Source: Rhizodiscina lignyota (Eukaryota). Taken from it: DNA of 64,000 bases. Below the pieces are notes generated by a model that was not told the DNA's origin, searched no databases, and saw nothing but the letters and a program-made list of their open reading frames with translations. Shown here one piece after another: positions 39,425 through 51,514 of this stretch; the first letter of the stretch is position 1, and each line of letters starts with the position of its first letter. Position numbers and translations under genes: made by a program. The stretch lies in assembly GCA_010015805.1 (NCBI GenBank), contig ML978121.1, forward strand, positions 558,001 to 622,000, in the 5' to 3' direction.

Positions 39425-40059
39425 TGTGAGTCTGTAGAAGGACAATTGGAGGTCGTGATGCGGGGTGTCGAAATTAATGATGAAAGTATAGCACTTCCGA
39501 ATTGGGAATTTTGATATCGATAAACGTCACGTGCGCACGTGTTAACCGATTCAACACCACTTACTCCTTAAAAAGACAGATATTCCAACAAAGAGTGTTG
39601 TTGTTTGATTCTCGAATCGTCTTCTACTAGGAAGTCCATGCTTGGATCCAACAACGTGTCTCCAATCCTCATCAGATCGACAGCTCAATGTCCTTGCATT
39701 CATATTCTCATACACGCCAGTAGTCTCATAACCTGCTTCTCCTGGACGAGAGCCCGCTTGCTGTAGTTCTTGAGGAGTACTCCTCGGCTAGATCCTTGAT
39801 CAAGATATAACTTCGATGCCATTCCGTCTCATATCTTGTTGCAGTAATGCTAAGGAGGTTGCTTGCTGTTCGAACATGTGATAGAAGTGCGATCGGAGCT
39901 GTCTGCATGTCAGCATTAGGGACATGAAGGTGTGGATGTCGGTCGTGCAGCTAATGAATTGCTCAAGTGGACGGAGATCCTAGGTCTCCGTTGTTCCATC
40001 GTAAGGTATTGAGTAGAGAGGCGGCAGGATGCTATATCACGGAGATACCCCTTGTTCTC

Positions 40060-41430
40060 TCAACCAACGTAAGTTCCAAACTCTACAAACTCTTTATCGC
40101 GTTTCAGCCTCTCCAGATCCTCATCCCTCAAGCAAACACCAACAGCAATCTCACCACTCAACGTCTTTGGCAAGAAATATACCAGTCCTTCCCTTGCCCC
40201 GTCCGTGAACTGCGGTCTCCGCACCGCCTCTGGTTTCCCGATCCCAGGCCCAAGTCCAAAGTCAAGATCGTAGCAGCGTTCTTTGGCCCACGAACTGAGC
40301 CTTACGTCCAGCTCAGGGCTTCCTCTTCCCGCGAAGCTTGCCTTTGCCCCGTTTCCGTGGCTGATGGCTGTCGCGAGGGCCTGCGTCCTGCGCCTTAAAT
40401 TGTCAGGATCAAGAGCCGAGCGAATGTTGGCCGCGACACTGCCCAAGGGTTCTTGAACCAATGCCTTGATCGAGGACGTGTGGAACGTCGCGTTTGATAC
40501 GAGGCCAGGATAAGTTGGTGGGATGGAGAGGTAGCGGCGCACGTCAACGTTGCGGGAAAGCGTCGAATACAAAGCCTCTGCAGTGCTCAGGCGTGGCAAG
40601 CGTGCACAGGAAACCGACTGCCAGACAAAGGCGCTGAGCACGTCGTCCGTTGAGACGAAGCTGCCTGAAGGTATCGTTTCCATAGCGAGAGACTTGAGAG
40701 CGGCCAGAGCGTCGGCCGCGAAGAGGAAGTATGCCCAGGTGAACTTTGGCGGCTGGGATGGCTGGACTCCCCTATTTGGTGTGTCTTTGGAGATTTGATG
40801 TTCCAATTCAATGCTTGATGCGTGCTCATCTAGCAGGGGAATGATGTTCTTGCGGTCCATATTGCCAGTTGAGAGTTCCGAGGGAGTGAACGGTTCGCCT
40901 CGACAAGCTTTGGCAAGGAGATATATAACCTGGCCAAGGCCAGCCATGTCCATCGACCCATGTTGGCCATTAAGTGTGAGTAGTAGGCCGCCGCTGATGA
41001 AATTGGCCTGAACGAGAAATACTGGTAGTTCGGAAGTGGACTCGTCGGAGAATGCGAGTGTCTTACAGGGGGCAACAACGGATTCGTCCAGCATGCTGAA
41101 GGGGAAGTTGGCACGTTGGAGCGTGTCCCAGGTTAGAATTGAGGAATCTAGTGAAAGATCTTTGATAATAAGGCCAGCAGTATTCTCAAACGGCTTAATC
41201 TTGAAGCACCCATCCTCGTTGACAACTTTGCCAGATACCCATGGAAAATTCGTCGACAGCTTCTCAAGGCCCTTAGTCAAAGTATGGATAACTTGTACTT
41301 GTGACTTTGGAGATTCATTTTGGAATGGAAAACAGAATGTTATCTGAGTATACAGCTTGTTGATTCGCGGCTGTTGGCCGAGAATATCTAGATGAAAGTC
41401 ATCCAGATCAATCTCTCTCAACGTATCCAT
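40060..41430 (-). CDS. TRI101: Trichothecene 3-O-acetyltransferase-like acyltransferase, intronless
   Basis: LDILGQQP..LYTQI N-terminus, catalytic HGSMD (HxxxD), DFGLG..GKPEAVRRP..EGLVYFLPK, CLRDEDLERL. Confidence 0.88.
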   Translation of the reverse strand: MDTLREIDLDDFHLDILGQQPRINKLYTQITFCFPFQNESPKSQVQVIHTLTKGLEKLSTNFPWVSGKVVNEDGCFKIKPFENTAGLIIKDLSLDSSILTWDTLQRANFPFSMLDESVVAPCKTLAFSDESTSELPVFLVQANFISGGLLLTLNGQHGSMDMAGLGQVIYLLAKACRGEPFTPSELSTGNMDRKNIIPLLDEHASSIELEHQISKDTPNRGVQPSQPPKFTWAYFLFAADALAALKSLAMETIPSGSFVSTDDVLSAFVWQSVSCARLPRLSTAEALYSTLSRNVDVRRYLSIPPTYPGLVSNATFHTSSIKALVQEPLGSVAANIRSALDPDNLRRRTQALATAISHGNGAKASFAGRGSPELDVRLSSWAKERCYDLDFGLGPGIGKPEAVRRPQFTDGAREGLVYFLPKTLSGEIAVGVCLRDEDLERLKRDKEFVEFGTYVG

Positions 41431-41774
41431 ATGAAACGTAGGAAGATCACTTTCAGAAGATTTCTTAATTTATGAAATAGCTCGGTCCTGATATGTTGCA
41501 AAAGACTCGTTCATACTTGTTTACCTTGAGGTATTACGGAGGACTCAGAATGAGGTGGCGTATATCTCGGAGAGTTTTGTAAATAAAGTGGGTGCACGAA
41601 GGTTGCGCCACAAGCAGCAAGACTACACTATTGAGATGGCGAGATATTCCATAGTGCTTTACCAAATCCCCAATGAGCACACAGTCGCCTAATTATTAAA
41701 CACTCGAGCGGCAATTGCATGGAGCTGTTTAAAAGATATTATATTGCGCTCTCTCGTAAGTATTTGACGAAGAG

Positions 41775-44620
41775 CTATTTTTTGACTCTATCTTTTGCTT
41801 TCAGATCTCTTTTCTTCTTCCCCCTCGCTCCCTCTTTCTCTACTGCATGCTTCAGTTCTTCCAGCGCCATCTCATACCTCGCTCTGAGCTCGGCCTCGTC
41901 TTCACCCTTACCCACCACGTCGACTCTCGCCCTTTCAACTTCTTCCGCTCTCCTGACTTCTCCACCCCTGACAACCTTATTCCAGAACCACCACGCCTCC
42001 CTCCCTTCGATTAGCGTCCATGCCTCACCCTTTCGTCCTGCTCGCGCCGTCCGGCCCACGCGATGCACGTAGCTGGTCACGCTGTGGGGCATGTCGTAGT
42101 TTACGACGTGCGCGAGCTCGGGGAGGTCAAGGCCGCGAGCAGCTCGATCGGTGGCGATGAGGATGCGTGGCTGAGTGCTTGTTGCACGGGCTGAGCGGAA
42201 GGCGGAGAGAACTTTGCGGCCTGCAGAGCTGGTAGAAGACTTTGTGAGGGTGGAAACGGCCTTGGAAAGGGAGGGAGCAAGGTGAATGAGCAGATGAGAG
42301 AGGCGGGTGGCGTTCTCATTGGCAGAAGTGAAGATGAGGATCGTAGGAGGTGTTGAAGGGGCTTGATCTGGTTGAGTTGTTGAGTTACCATCCCGTACGG
42401 TGCTTGGTGAGGTGAGCGAAGCGTCTTCAGCATCCTCATTGATCTCATGAGATGAGAAGCCGTTCGATTCTGACGCTTTCTTTGGTTCTGAATCCGAGTC
42501 TGAATCCGAGTCTGAGTCCGAGGATGAATCTGAGTCTGAATCTGATTCCGAATCCGACGTTGAGAGATCCGAAGTGCTCTCGTTCTCGCCAGCGATCCCC
42601 TTCTTAGATTGCGTGGAGCCAGATAGTCCGGTTATGAGCGCTGTCCGAGAAATCCTTTCTTCCAATAATCTGAGCAGAACAAGTGGTTTATCCGCAGCTT
42701 CCTCCACCGGCACAGCCCATTCCTTGAGGGTGGATGGCAGCTCGAAGGCTTCGCTAGCATTCTCTGCTCCCGCCGCAGCGTTCTCCTCTTCCCTTCCTTC
42801 CGCATCACCAGCCACACTGACCAGCACTGGCCGCCGCAATTTCAAGCCGCCGAGCTTCTGCAAATCCCTCGTCATCGTCGCGCTGAGGATGATCTTCCTC
42901 ACATATCGAGGCTCTCTCGGCTCCCAAAAGGAGTCCAGGATCCTATTCTTTGCGCTCTTCTTGTCGATCGGCTTCTCAGCTTCCAGCGTACCAATGACCA
43001 CGTCGACCCACTCTTGAAAGCTTTCATCGAGAAGCCTGTCTGCTTCGTCGATGACGAGCCATTCCAGATCATCCAGGTTAAACCCCTGTGTGGCGTTGAT
43101 GTGTTCCACGAGTCGACCCGGCGTGCAAATTAGAATATCGACTTTCGAGGTGTAGGCAGGGACGTGATAAGGCAATATCCAGGGAGCCATCGCATCGTCC
43201 AGCAATGCATCATCTTCGTCCTCGCCACGTACGACCCTTCTTGTAGCCCGCGCCTCCAGCTCTGCTGCAGCGCTGCGGTCATATCGTTGTCCCTTCTTGA
43301 CCAGTTGTTCTTGCTCTGCAGCCACAGTGTGACTCCCTACTGCCGTACCGATTTTCAACCCTGTGCCTGAAGCGCAGAGCTCAGCGACTTCCTTGACTTG
43401 TGAAACTAGCTCTCTTGTTGGCACGACAATGACAGCCCTGAGCCTGGTGTAGTGTGCTGATCTTCGCATGCTCTGTACCATTGGGAGAACATACGCCAAT
43501 GTCTTCCCTGAGCCGGTCGCAGCGGACACGCAGATGTCGCCAAAATAGTGTTTCTGACCTGGCAGTAGCAGCGGCAAGACTGCAGCTTGGATCGCGAAGG
43601 CACTATGGTAGCCTTTCTCGCCTAGTCTTTGGACCAGCTTAGAATGTATTTTCAACTCCTCGAAAGGTATTGTTTCACTGGAAGGGACACTGATCGGCTT
43701 TGCAAGCCATGATGGTAAGGCGGAGAAGGTCGGTAGTTCTTTGTTGTCTGGTACAGGTGCAGGCTGTGGGAGAGGGACGAGATCTGTATACAGTCAGCCT
43801 GTATCCAATAATACATAGTAGTTGCAGACGTACCATGAAGTTCTGGCTCAGGAGCGTCGTCTTTCTCTTCCTCTTGGCTATCGTTCTTGACAGCTTCCCT
43901 CAACTTCTCGGCGTGCTTCGATGACTTCTCGAACTTCGCAAATATAGCCTTATGCTTCTTGTTCTCCTCTTCCTCTTCCTCTTCCTCTTCCTCCACAGGG
44001 ACTTCAGCTTCTTCCTCTTGCCCTTCAGCTTCGCCACTCTTCCTCTTCTCCTTCTTCCGCTTCGGCTTCTTCGTTGATGGCTTCTCCTCCTCTTGTTGTG
44101 CAGCTTGTTGTATACCGCCAGCCACGTTTTCATCTCCCCCCGGAGCCTCAGCATGTATGTCTGAACCAACAATGACCTCGAGTTCAGCTTGCGCTTCCTC
44201 ACTCTTGCGCTTCCGCTTCTTCATTTTCTCTACACTCTTCGCGTCATCATGGACTGTATTCTCATCCCCTCCTGGAGCTTCGGCGAGTATGCTTGAGCCA
44301 ACATTGACCTCCAGTTGAGCCTGAGATCCCTCGTCGTCTCGGCTCCGCTTCTTTTTTCTCTTCTCAGAATGCCCTGTCTCATTTTGGGTTATATTATCGT
44401 TCCCATTCAGAGCTTCAGCAAGCTTCTCGGATCCTGCATTGATCTCTAACTCTGCCTGCGCCTCCTCGTTGTTGCGTTTTCGTTTCTTCGTTTTCTTCTC
44501 GGCGCTCTTCGCCTCATTGCGAGATTGTTCGGCGATTGCAGGGCTATCTACGGCGGAGGAAGCTTTGCTGGGTTTCTGGGGCTTTGGGGGAACGTATCGC
44601 GTGTAAAATTGGTTAGACAT
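41775..44620 (-). CDS. DBP6: DEAD-box RNA helicase of 60S biogenesis; exons 44620-43834, 43783-41775
   Basis: FYTRYVPP start, [58 protein letters not shown]. Confidence 0.93.
44123..44509 (-). repeat. About 3 x 44-45 codon degenerate repeat in DBP6 exon 1
   Basis: [16 protein letters not shown]...AEA.GGDEN occurs three times. Confidence 0.85.
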
Positions 44621-45162
44621 TGTTGTATATTAAAGAAAATTAAATTTAGAGCTTCATGAAGAGTTGCGCAGTTCTGCCGTCTGTCACCGCCATCGCGAAC
44701 TCTTGGCATTGGTTTTCCCGCATTGGGATGGAGACGCTGCATTAAGTGGGCCAAGCGATTCCGTTGGTCACAGACACTTGGCAACTATATCACGTAGCTT
44801 ATTTGCTTTGTTTGATGCACATGTGCTCGGCTTTCATAGTGATATGGGAGTTTGTCCTTTAATATCCGTTCCATTCGCATCTCATAATCGTGTGATATTA
44901 CAGCTTCAGGCCATCTCTCTTGCCTCCGCCATAAAATCCTGCAACTATACCCAACGCCTTCTTTTCCATGCACTTAAGCAACAGGAAAAATAGTGTGGGG
45001 TAAGTATCAACAATGTCTTTTTGTCGTGAGAACCTGATCACTATCATCCCGCCTCCTCCCAACCCCCCCATCGTTTAGAATCAAGACTCGCTTGCCGATT
45101 CTTCTGCATAAAGTGCATTCAGTGTCGACAGAGCTCTTCTGTCGCTGTGGAAACTCCGATAA

Positions 45163-47468
45163 TCAATGATAGTTGTTGCCCTGTTTGCGGGCAGCCGCCT
45201 TGTCACGCTCCTTGGCGGCGAGCTTCTCCTGTCTAATTCGCTTCGCCTCAGTGCCGTCGTCGGCTAGAGCCTCTCGGAACCATGGGTGCTTGAGAGCCTC
45301 GTGAGCGGTAATACGCTTAGCCGGATTGTAGACGAAGATCTTCCTCAGAAGGTCAAGGAAGTGACGGTTGAAATCTGTGTGCGGTGGGATGGTGTCCTGC
45401 TTGAAGTCAGACACTGTAGATGTGGAAATGGGGTGAATTAATACTGACATTAAGCTTCTTCATGGCCTTGACGTATTTCTTGGAAGCACGGGGAGTATCA
45501 GTATTTGGATAATCGAGCTTGCCGTTCTTGAAGTAGCTGTAACATTATGTTAGTTTGACGAGATAGGGATTGACCGAGTCTATTGCAACTTACGCAGCAG
45601 CCGAATTCCGACTGTGTCCCTTCTCACTCTTGTTGACCTGTCGAACGATGTCTCGGTCCAGTTTGCCGTTACAGACAGCCTCCATCATTGCAAGGTGCTC
45701 CAGATTGTCGTGGGTCTGGAAGAGAGCATCTCCAGTGAAGAACTCAACCAAAATGCAGCCAATACTCCAGATGTCACAAGGGAAGCTCCATCCAAGGTTC
45801 AGTATGATTTCGGGTGCACGGTAATGACGGGTCGAGACAACGGAGGAATGGTACTCGTCATTGAAGGTAGCCGAGCCGAAATCGATGAGACGGATCTCTG
45901 GGTCGAGCAACACCTTTCGGTGACGCGCAGAGCGAGAGGTAGTCGTCGAAGACGACGGGATGGTACGATTGTAAGTGAAGGTCTGATACTCGTTCTTGAC
46001 GAGCAGGATGTTCTCGGGCTTCAGGTCGGTGTGGATGAGGTTGAGGTCATGGAGAACTGTGGAAATTAGCAACAGCGTGAGGCGAATATAATTGACACAC
46101 GTACATGCGACGCTTGTGAGAAGCTGACGGGCAAACTCCTGGATGTGCGTGCTGGGGAAGGGCGTGAAGGCGTTGGATTTGAGGAAGTCGAAGACGCTCT
46201 GGCCGTAGAGATCCGTGACGATGCAGATGTGATTGCGGAAGTCGAAGCAGTCTCGCAAGTGAATACACCTGTTCCGATTCTGCTTGTCGTTCGAAGCGAG
46301 CGTCGAGAGGACGCGAAGCTCGATGCGAGATGCATCACGGTACTTCTGGACGGAACGAATGACCTTGATAGCACACCTGGTGCGCTTCTTGCGATCGTAA
46401 GCCTCAACAACCTTGCCGAATGTACCCTGGCCCAATAGCTTCATGATTTGATCTATTACTGTTAGACATTGCGTACTGAAACACGTTCGAGGAGAGCTTA
46501 CATCGATCAGTCAAGTCCGCTTCTGGCGTGACAATGTAGTGGCCGTCGTCATCGTCACATTTCGAATCCTTCATGTGCGTCCTCTGTGACTTGAATTAGC
46601 AAGTATATTCCCTCAGCCTCCTCGAATTTGAACTAGAACGTACATCGTGCACAACCTGAACGTAGACATCCTTGGCCTTGATGGGCGGCTTTGGAGGCGG
46701 CACATAGCACTGGTATGGATCCTCAGGGCGTTCCAATTGCCTCCGCTTAGGGTCTTTAGCCGCCTCGTCTTGAGCTGCTTGACGCGTTGTGCGCTTCCTC
46801 TTCTGTCCAACCATGCCTTCGTCGGCAAGTGGCTTGTACGTGCCGGTGCTGACTTGAGAGCCGAGAGAGGTGGGAGCGGTGGTGTGAATGGCAGAAGTAG
46901 TGCGGTCGGTCGAAACAGTGTTGTGAGAAGATGAATTGTCCGCGTACGGTGTTTGAGTTGTCGAGTAAGAAGTTTGCTGCTGATACACAGGGTCGTAGGC
47001 GGCAGATTGCCCAGTTTTCCGCTTTTTGTCGGCATGCCTCGATGTACCATTAGCAACGCCGTTTGTATTCGCGTTGCCTGCTCGTGAAGTTGATGCTGGA
47101 GGGTCTGGGGAGTCATCGTCGATCACGATGACCTCTTTGGGCAGGCCATTCTTGTAGAATTCGGCCCAGTCGGGTTTCCGCTTTGAGCGGCTAGAATTTG
47201 CCATCGCAGAGAGGCTGTCCGATGAAGTAGCAGGTTGTGCAGTGTCTGCTGATGATTTCGAAGACAAATTTGCCAGTCTGACGTCGCTACTGTCGTGACG
47301 GGCGGGTGGATAAGCAGTGTTGTGTGAATTGGCTAGTCTGCTGTAGCCATTCGTGAGTGGGCTGTTTATCGAAGGATAGTTGCCAAGGCTGGGTTGGTAA
47401 CTTTGATGATGAGAGTAGTATTGGTGCTGTGTGGGATGGGTAGCGACGGCGGTGGAGGGAGTTGACAT
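45163..47468 (-). CDS. LKH1: LAMMER (CLK/Kns1/Lkh1) dual-specificity kinase; exons 47468-46644, 46583-46502, 46452-46105, 46056-45594, 45536-45449, 45396-45163
   Basis: DDDDGHYIV, LGQGTFGKV, HTDLKPEN, IDFGSA, STRHYRAPE, EHLAMME signature. Confidence 0.95.
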
Positions 47469-49183
47469 TGCAGGATGGTGAGTCTCGCGGCGGACGGAGA
47501 GTGAAGTGTGAGGTGTTCAGCGAAGAGCGTTCTTGCTGCTCGCCAAATCGGGACAGCCTGACGAGACGGGGACAGGACGTGCAAAAATCGCTCGACTGCC
47601 TCACCGTGCACTGCCAAAGGGCACTATCTCGCACTTGATGAAGTCAGTGAGGCATAGTAGAGTGCAGATGCCGTGCTGGCTTGCCTCGATCCTTTCCTCG
47701 CGCGATAAAATCCGGCCGAGCGCTGTGTGGAGAGCGTGACGAGAACGGGCCTCAGCACGTCGGCGGCGTGGGCATCTGCCAGAGCAGATTGAGATGAGCA
47801 GCAAGCTGGCAAGGTTGGCACTTCATGCAGGTGTGAAGAGCAGGCGAGAGGCGTTGCGAGCAGCAGAAGAATGAAGTTGGAATTGGAAGTCTGGCTGTGA
47901 GGTCAGAAGGCTCTTGGGTTCTCCGCTGAGTAGCGAAGCGCGCACGGGCTCCAGAGCACTCCAATTGCACGCCGCTGTCTGCAACGCGGCCAGCTCTCGT
48001 CACCACGGCACGACAATAGGCCATTCGCTCGCTGTTCATCCGCACTTCTATTGTCCAGACGCTCGCCATTCTCCTTATTCTCACTTATTCACCTCGCCGT
48101 CCGCATCGCCGTTCCCGCCGACATCAATACGTGACATATCTCGCTGCTCCGCCGCTGACATACGGCCAACCTCGCCACGGGCGGAGGTGTGCTGCCAGGC
48201 GTCCCTGCGTGCACCCCAAAGTGCTTAGGATTGCCCTCAGTGCCAGCGAGGTACGTACCCGTAATCCGCCGCTATCCTGCGACTTGCCCAATGCCTGCGC
48301 GATTACGAGGTGCACGTCTGCCGCACGCCTTTCTCAGCTTTCGCTGCAGAATAAAACGTCCGCAACCCGCTCTTCCTTACTGCCTTTGTGCTACGCCTGT
48401 TCCGACCCTTTTGTCAATTGTCTTGCCATCCGTCTCATGCTAATTCCCGGCCCTGCGGCTCTCAAATCTATCAGCTGATGGCAGCACTCTGCCCGGGCTC
48501 CGCTTGCGTCGCTCCAAAACATCTGCCGTGATAGGCAGCTTGACGAGAGCGGAATCCCGAAGCGTCAGAATGGAATTTTGTCGGCAGGAAGATCGCCTAA
48601 ATGCCAGGACGTGGCAGGTGAAACGTCCGACGCCAGTGAAGCTGGACGCACGACTATATCACTTACGCCGCGCCCTCCTTCATTCGGAGTCTGCCTCGTC
48701 GGCGGGTGGAGTAGTGTCCACGGCACTGTGCTTTCTTCTTCGCTCTGATTTAAATCACCCCTACTCCTGGCCCTCACCCGTCTCGAATCTCGCGGAAATA
48801 GTGCTTCAGTACTGTCTAACTTGCGTCACTGTCTTGCCTTCAAACACCGAAGCTTTTCCGCCGTGCCTGGCTGATGCTTGCGCTTGCCTGCTAATCAAAC
48901 CAGGATCGCTGCGTGTGCTTTGCAGGATAAACGATCGGTATGACGTTGAAACTGTCCAGGTTTAAATATCATTCACATTATCGGCAAGGTGCTCGCGACT
49001 GTAACTATCCATTCACTAAATTAATATTCATCAGTTCTCTCACGAAAATGTGCACTTATGAGGCTACGTGATTGAGTTTCTTTTTAGGTCTCGCTCTGCC
49101 CACTGCCACGCCACCTGGAGCTTATGCCGATTTGGAAATGATGGTACCATCAAGTGGCCCGTTACTCTGACGACATCACGCTA

Positions 49184-50838
49184 CTAAACCTCCTTGAAGA
49201 ACTCCTCGATAACCCTGGCCGTCAGATCCACCACAAGTTCGATCTCTTCCTTCGTCACGTTATATGCAGGGGCGATTATTGCCACATCTCCTGCTCTGCC
49301 ATCGGCCACACCAGTTCCTGGATAGAGCGAAATGTTGAACGGGGGCTCAATGCCTACGAGAAGTTCAGATCAGATTCGAAATTTGGGGTTCATATACACA
49401 CCTTTCTCATGGACGCCCATTGCGATTGCGTCCTTCGGGTCGAACGGTTCTTTCGTTACCTTGTCCTTTACGAATTCGACCTGACGAGAAATTAGTGATA
49501 TGTGCAAGGTCAGGACACAGTGTAGCTACGTACACCCCAGAACAGGCCTTTGCCACGAATATTGCCAACGTTGGGATGATCGGACAACCTTGACTTAAGC
49601 CCCTTCTCCAGATGGACTCCCATCTCCTTGCAGTTCTGCACGAGATTTTGTTCTCGCACAATGGCTTGCACTTCGGCGGCGGCAGCACATGCGATCGGAT
49701 GGCCCTGGTAGGTCTGTCCGTGGGAGAATGCTCCGGTTCCTTTGCTCAAGACATCCACGACTCGAGGATTGATAAGGATTCCTGCCACTGGAGCGTAACC
49801 GCCTCCAAGGCCTTTGCCAATAGTCTCAATGTCCGGGACAATGCCTTCTTGCTCCCAAGCATGCAGAGTACCAGAGCGGCCCATACCGCTCATGATCTCA
49901 TCCATGATCATGAGTACGCCATACTTGTCGCAAATCGCTTTCATGGCCTTGAAGTATCCGGGAACCGCGGGCACACAGCCTGCTGCCTGTTCACCGGCTT
50001 AGCACATCTTGACTTGGGTTACTGCATCGCGCATTTTAAACTTACTGCTCCAACAACTGGCTCTGCGATAAAAGCGCAAACAGTATCGGGGCCAACCCTC
50101 TGGAGTTCATCGTCTAGTTCTTTTGCCAACCTCTCAACATACTGTGCCTCGGTTTCTCCGTCCTTCATTCCGCGATAAGCGTTGCAAGGGGAAACGTGCG
50201 AGATGTTCTTGTTCAGCAACGGCTCGTACAGTGCTCTACGCGTCACATGGCCGCTCACTCCCAGAGCACCAAGCGTGATGCCGTGGTAGGACTCCCTTCT
50301 CGCGATGAATCGGACACGTTGAGGCTGCGGCGGCACCGACTCGAGCCAGTATTGGCGAGAGAGTTTGAGAGCTGCCTCCATTGCTTCAGATCCTAAAGAT
50401 GCCGTCAATCACAGTTCCCAAGATGAATAAAAAATGAATAATTAGAGCAATTGAAAGCGCACCAGAGCTGCATATCCACGCCCTTGCCATCTTGCCATCG
50501 GTTCCCTTGCACAGCTCTTCGCCCAATCGCTCCGCTGCATTCACGCTAAAGAACAGAGAGTGGCAGTATGAAATCTCATCCATCTGCTTCTGAAGCGCCT
50601 CTTTGACTCGCTTGTTGCCGTGGCCAAGGCACGAGACAGCCGCACCGCCAGTAGCGTCGAGAATCTTCTGCCCATTTGAGAGAGTGATGTAGATTCCTTC
50701 AGCGCTGACAACAGTCTTCGGGGCGTGATGTAGGTTACGGTGGAGCACTGCGGAGTGAGTGGACTCTGTGCCATTGGTGCTGATGACAACGTTGCCGTCG
50801 TTTACAAGGGGGATTTTCTTAGATGGTGGAAGCGCCAT
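49184..50838 (-). CDS. Class III PLP-dependent aminotransferase; exons 50838-50463, 50392-50046, 49986-49534, 49480-49402, 49353-49184
   Basis: LDATGGAAVSCLGH, SGSEAMEAALK, SYHGITLG, FIAEPVVGA, DEIMSGMGRSG, PLP-lysine GKGLGGGY, HGQTYQGHP. Confidence 0.93.
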
Positions 50839-51514
50839 TGTGACGACGAGAGTTGATGAGATTCGAAAGTGAATAGGAAAGCTCAGAATTTACGTCAAAA
50901 GACAGAGCGGGTATATTATAAGAAGAATGAAAGCGCTAGGCTGACGTTCTTATATACTCAAATGTAATCGTTCAGCGAGGAAGGCGCTTCCCAAGGCCGC
51001 TATCTTTGAATAGGCACTCGTGGAAGGAGGAGACCTGAGCTACGCTGCCTGTGGAACGGGTCCCGGACACCTATTTGTATGCTCTCAATGCCACAGTATC
51101 ACAGAGACTCGGTTCGTTCACTGGGGTTGCGTATCTCCATGCGTGGTCGGGCTGCCGATGTAAGAGCGGGCCGAGTAATGGAGCCAATCAGGTAGCGATC
51201 TGTTCGCTATGGAGTGGGAGTTACCTAATTGAGCGTTGGCATATTCCTAGTGTGGTTCGGGATGGAATTTTCGTCGACGAAGAATCGCAGACAGATACCA
51301 AGAAAAAATTCAAAGGAGTGGGCGTTCAGCATTCTTGTTCGGCGGCGGGCCTTTGATTGAGGCTAAAATTGGTGCCAATACAGATGCGTAGCACGAACAA
51401 GGGCTTTGACATTTCAATAGCAGTATAAAGTCAATTAATGTCCGTCAATCTTCTAAAGAGAGAGAACTAAGTGAGCGCAAAGCTATGCAAGGAATTCTCA
51501 GGTCATGATCAACA

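Noticed and set aside
36619..41430. Possible secondary-metabolite cluster around TRI101
   Set aside because: No PKS, NRPS, terpene cyclase, P450 or cluster regulator in the window; the direct neighbours are housekeeping genes
42485..42555. (TCTGAATCCGAG)n and other Ser/Asp/Glu runs (also near 43970, 56855, 58455)
   Set aside because: Ordinary low-complexity coding tracts
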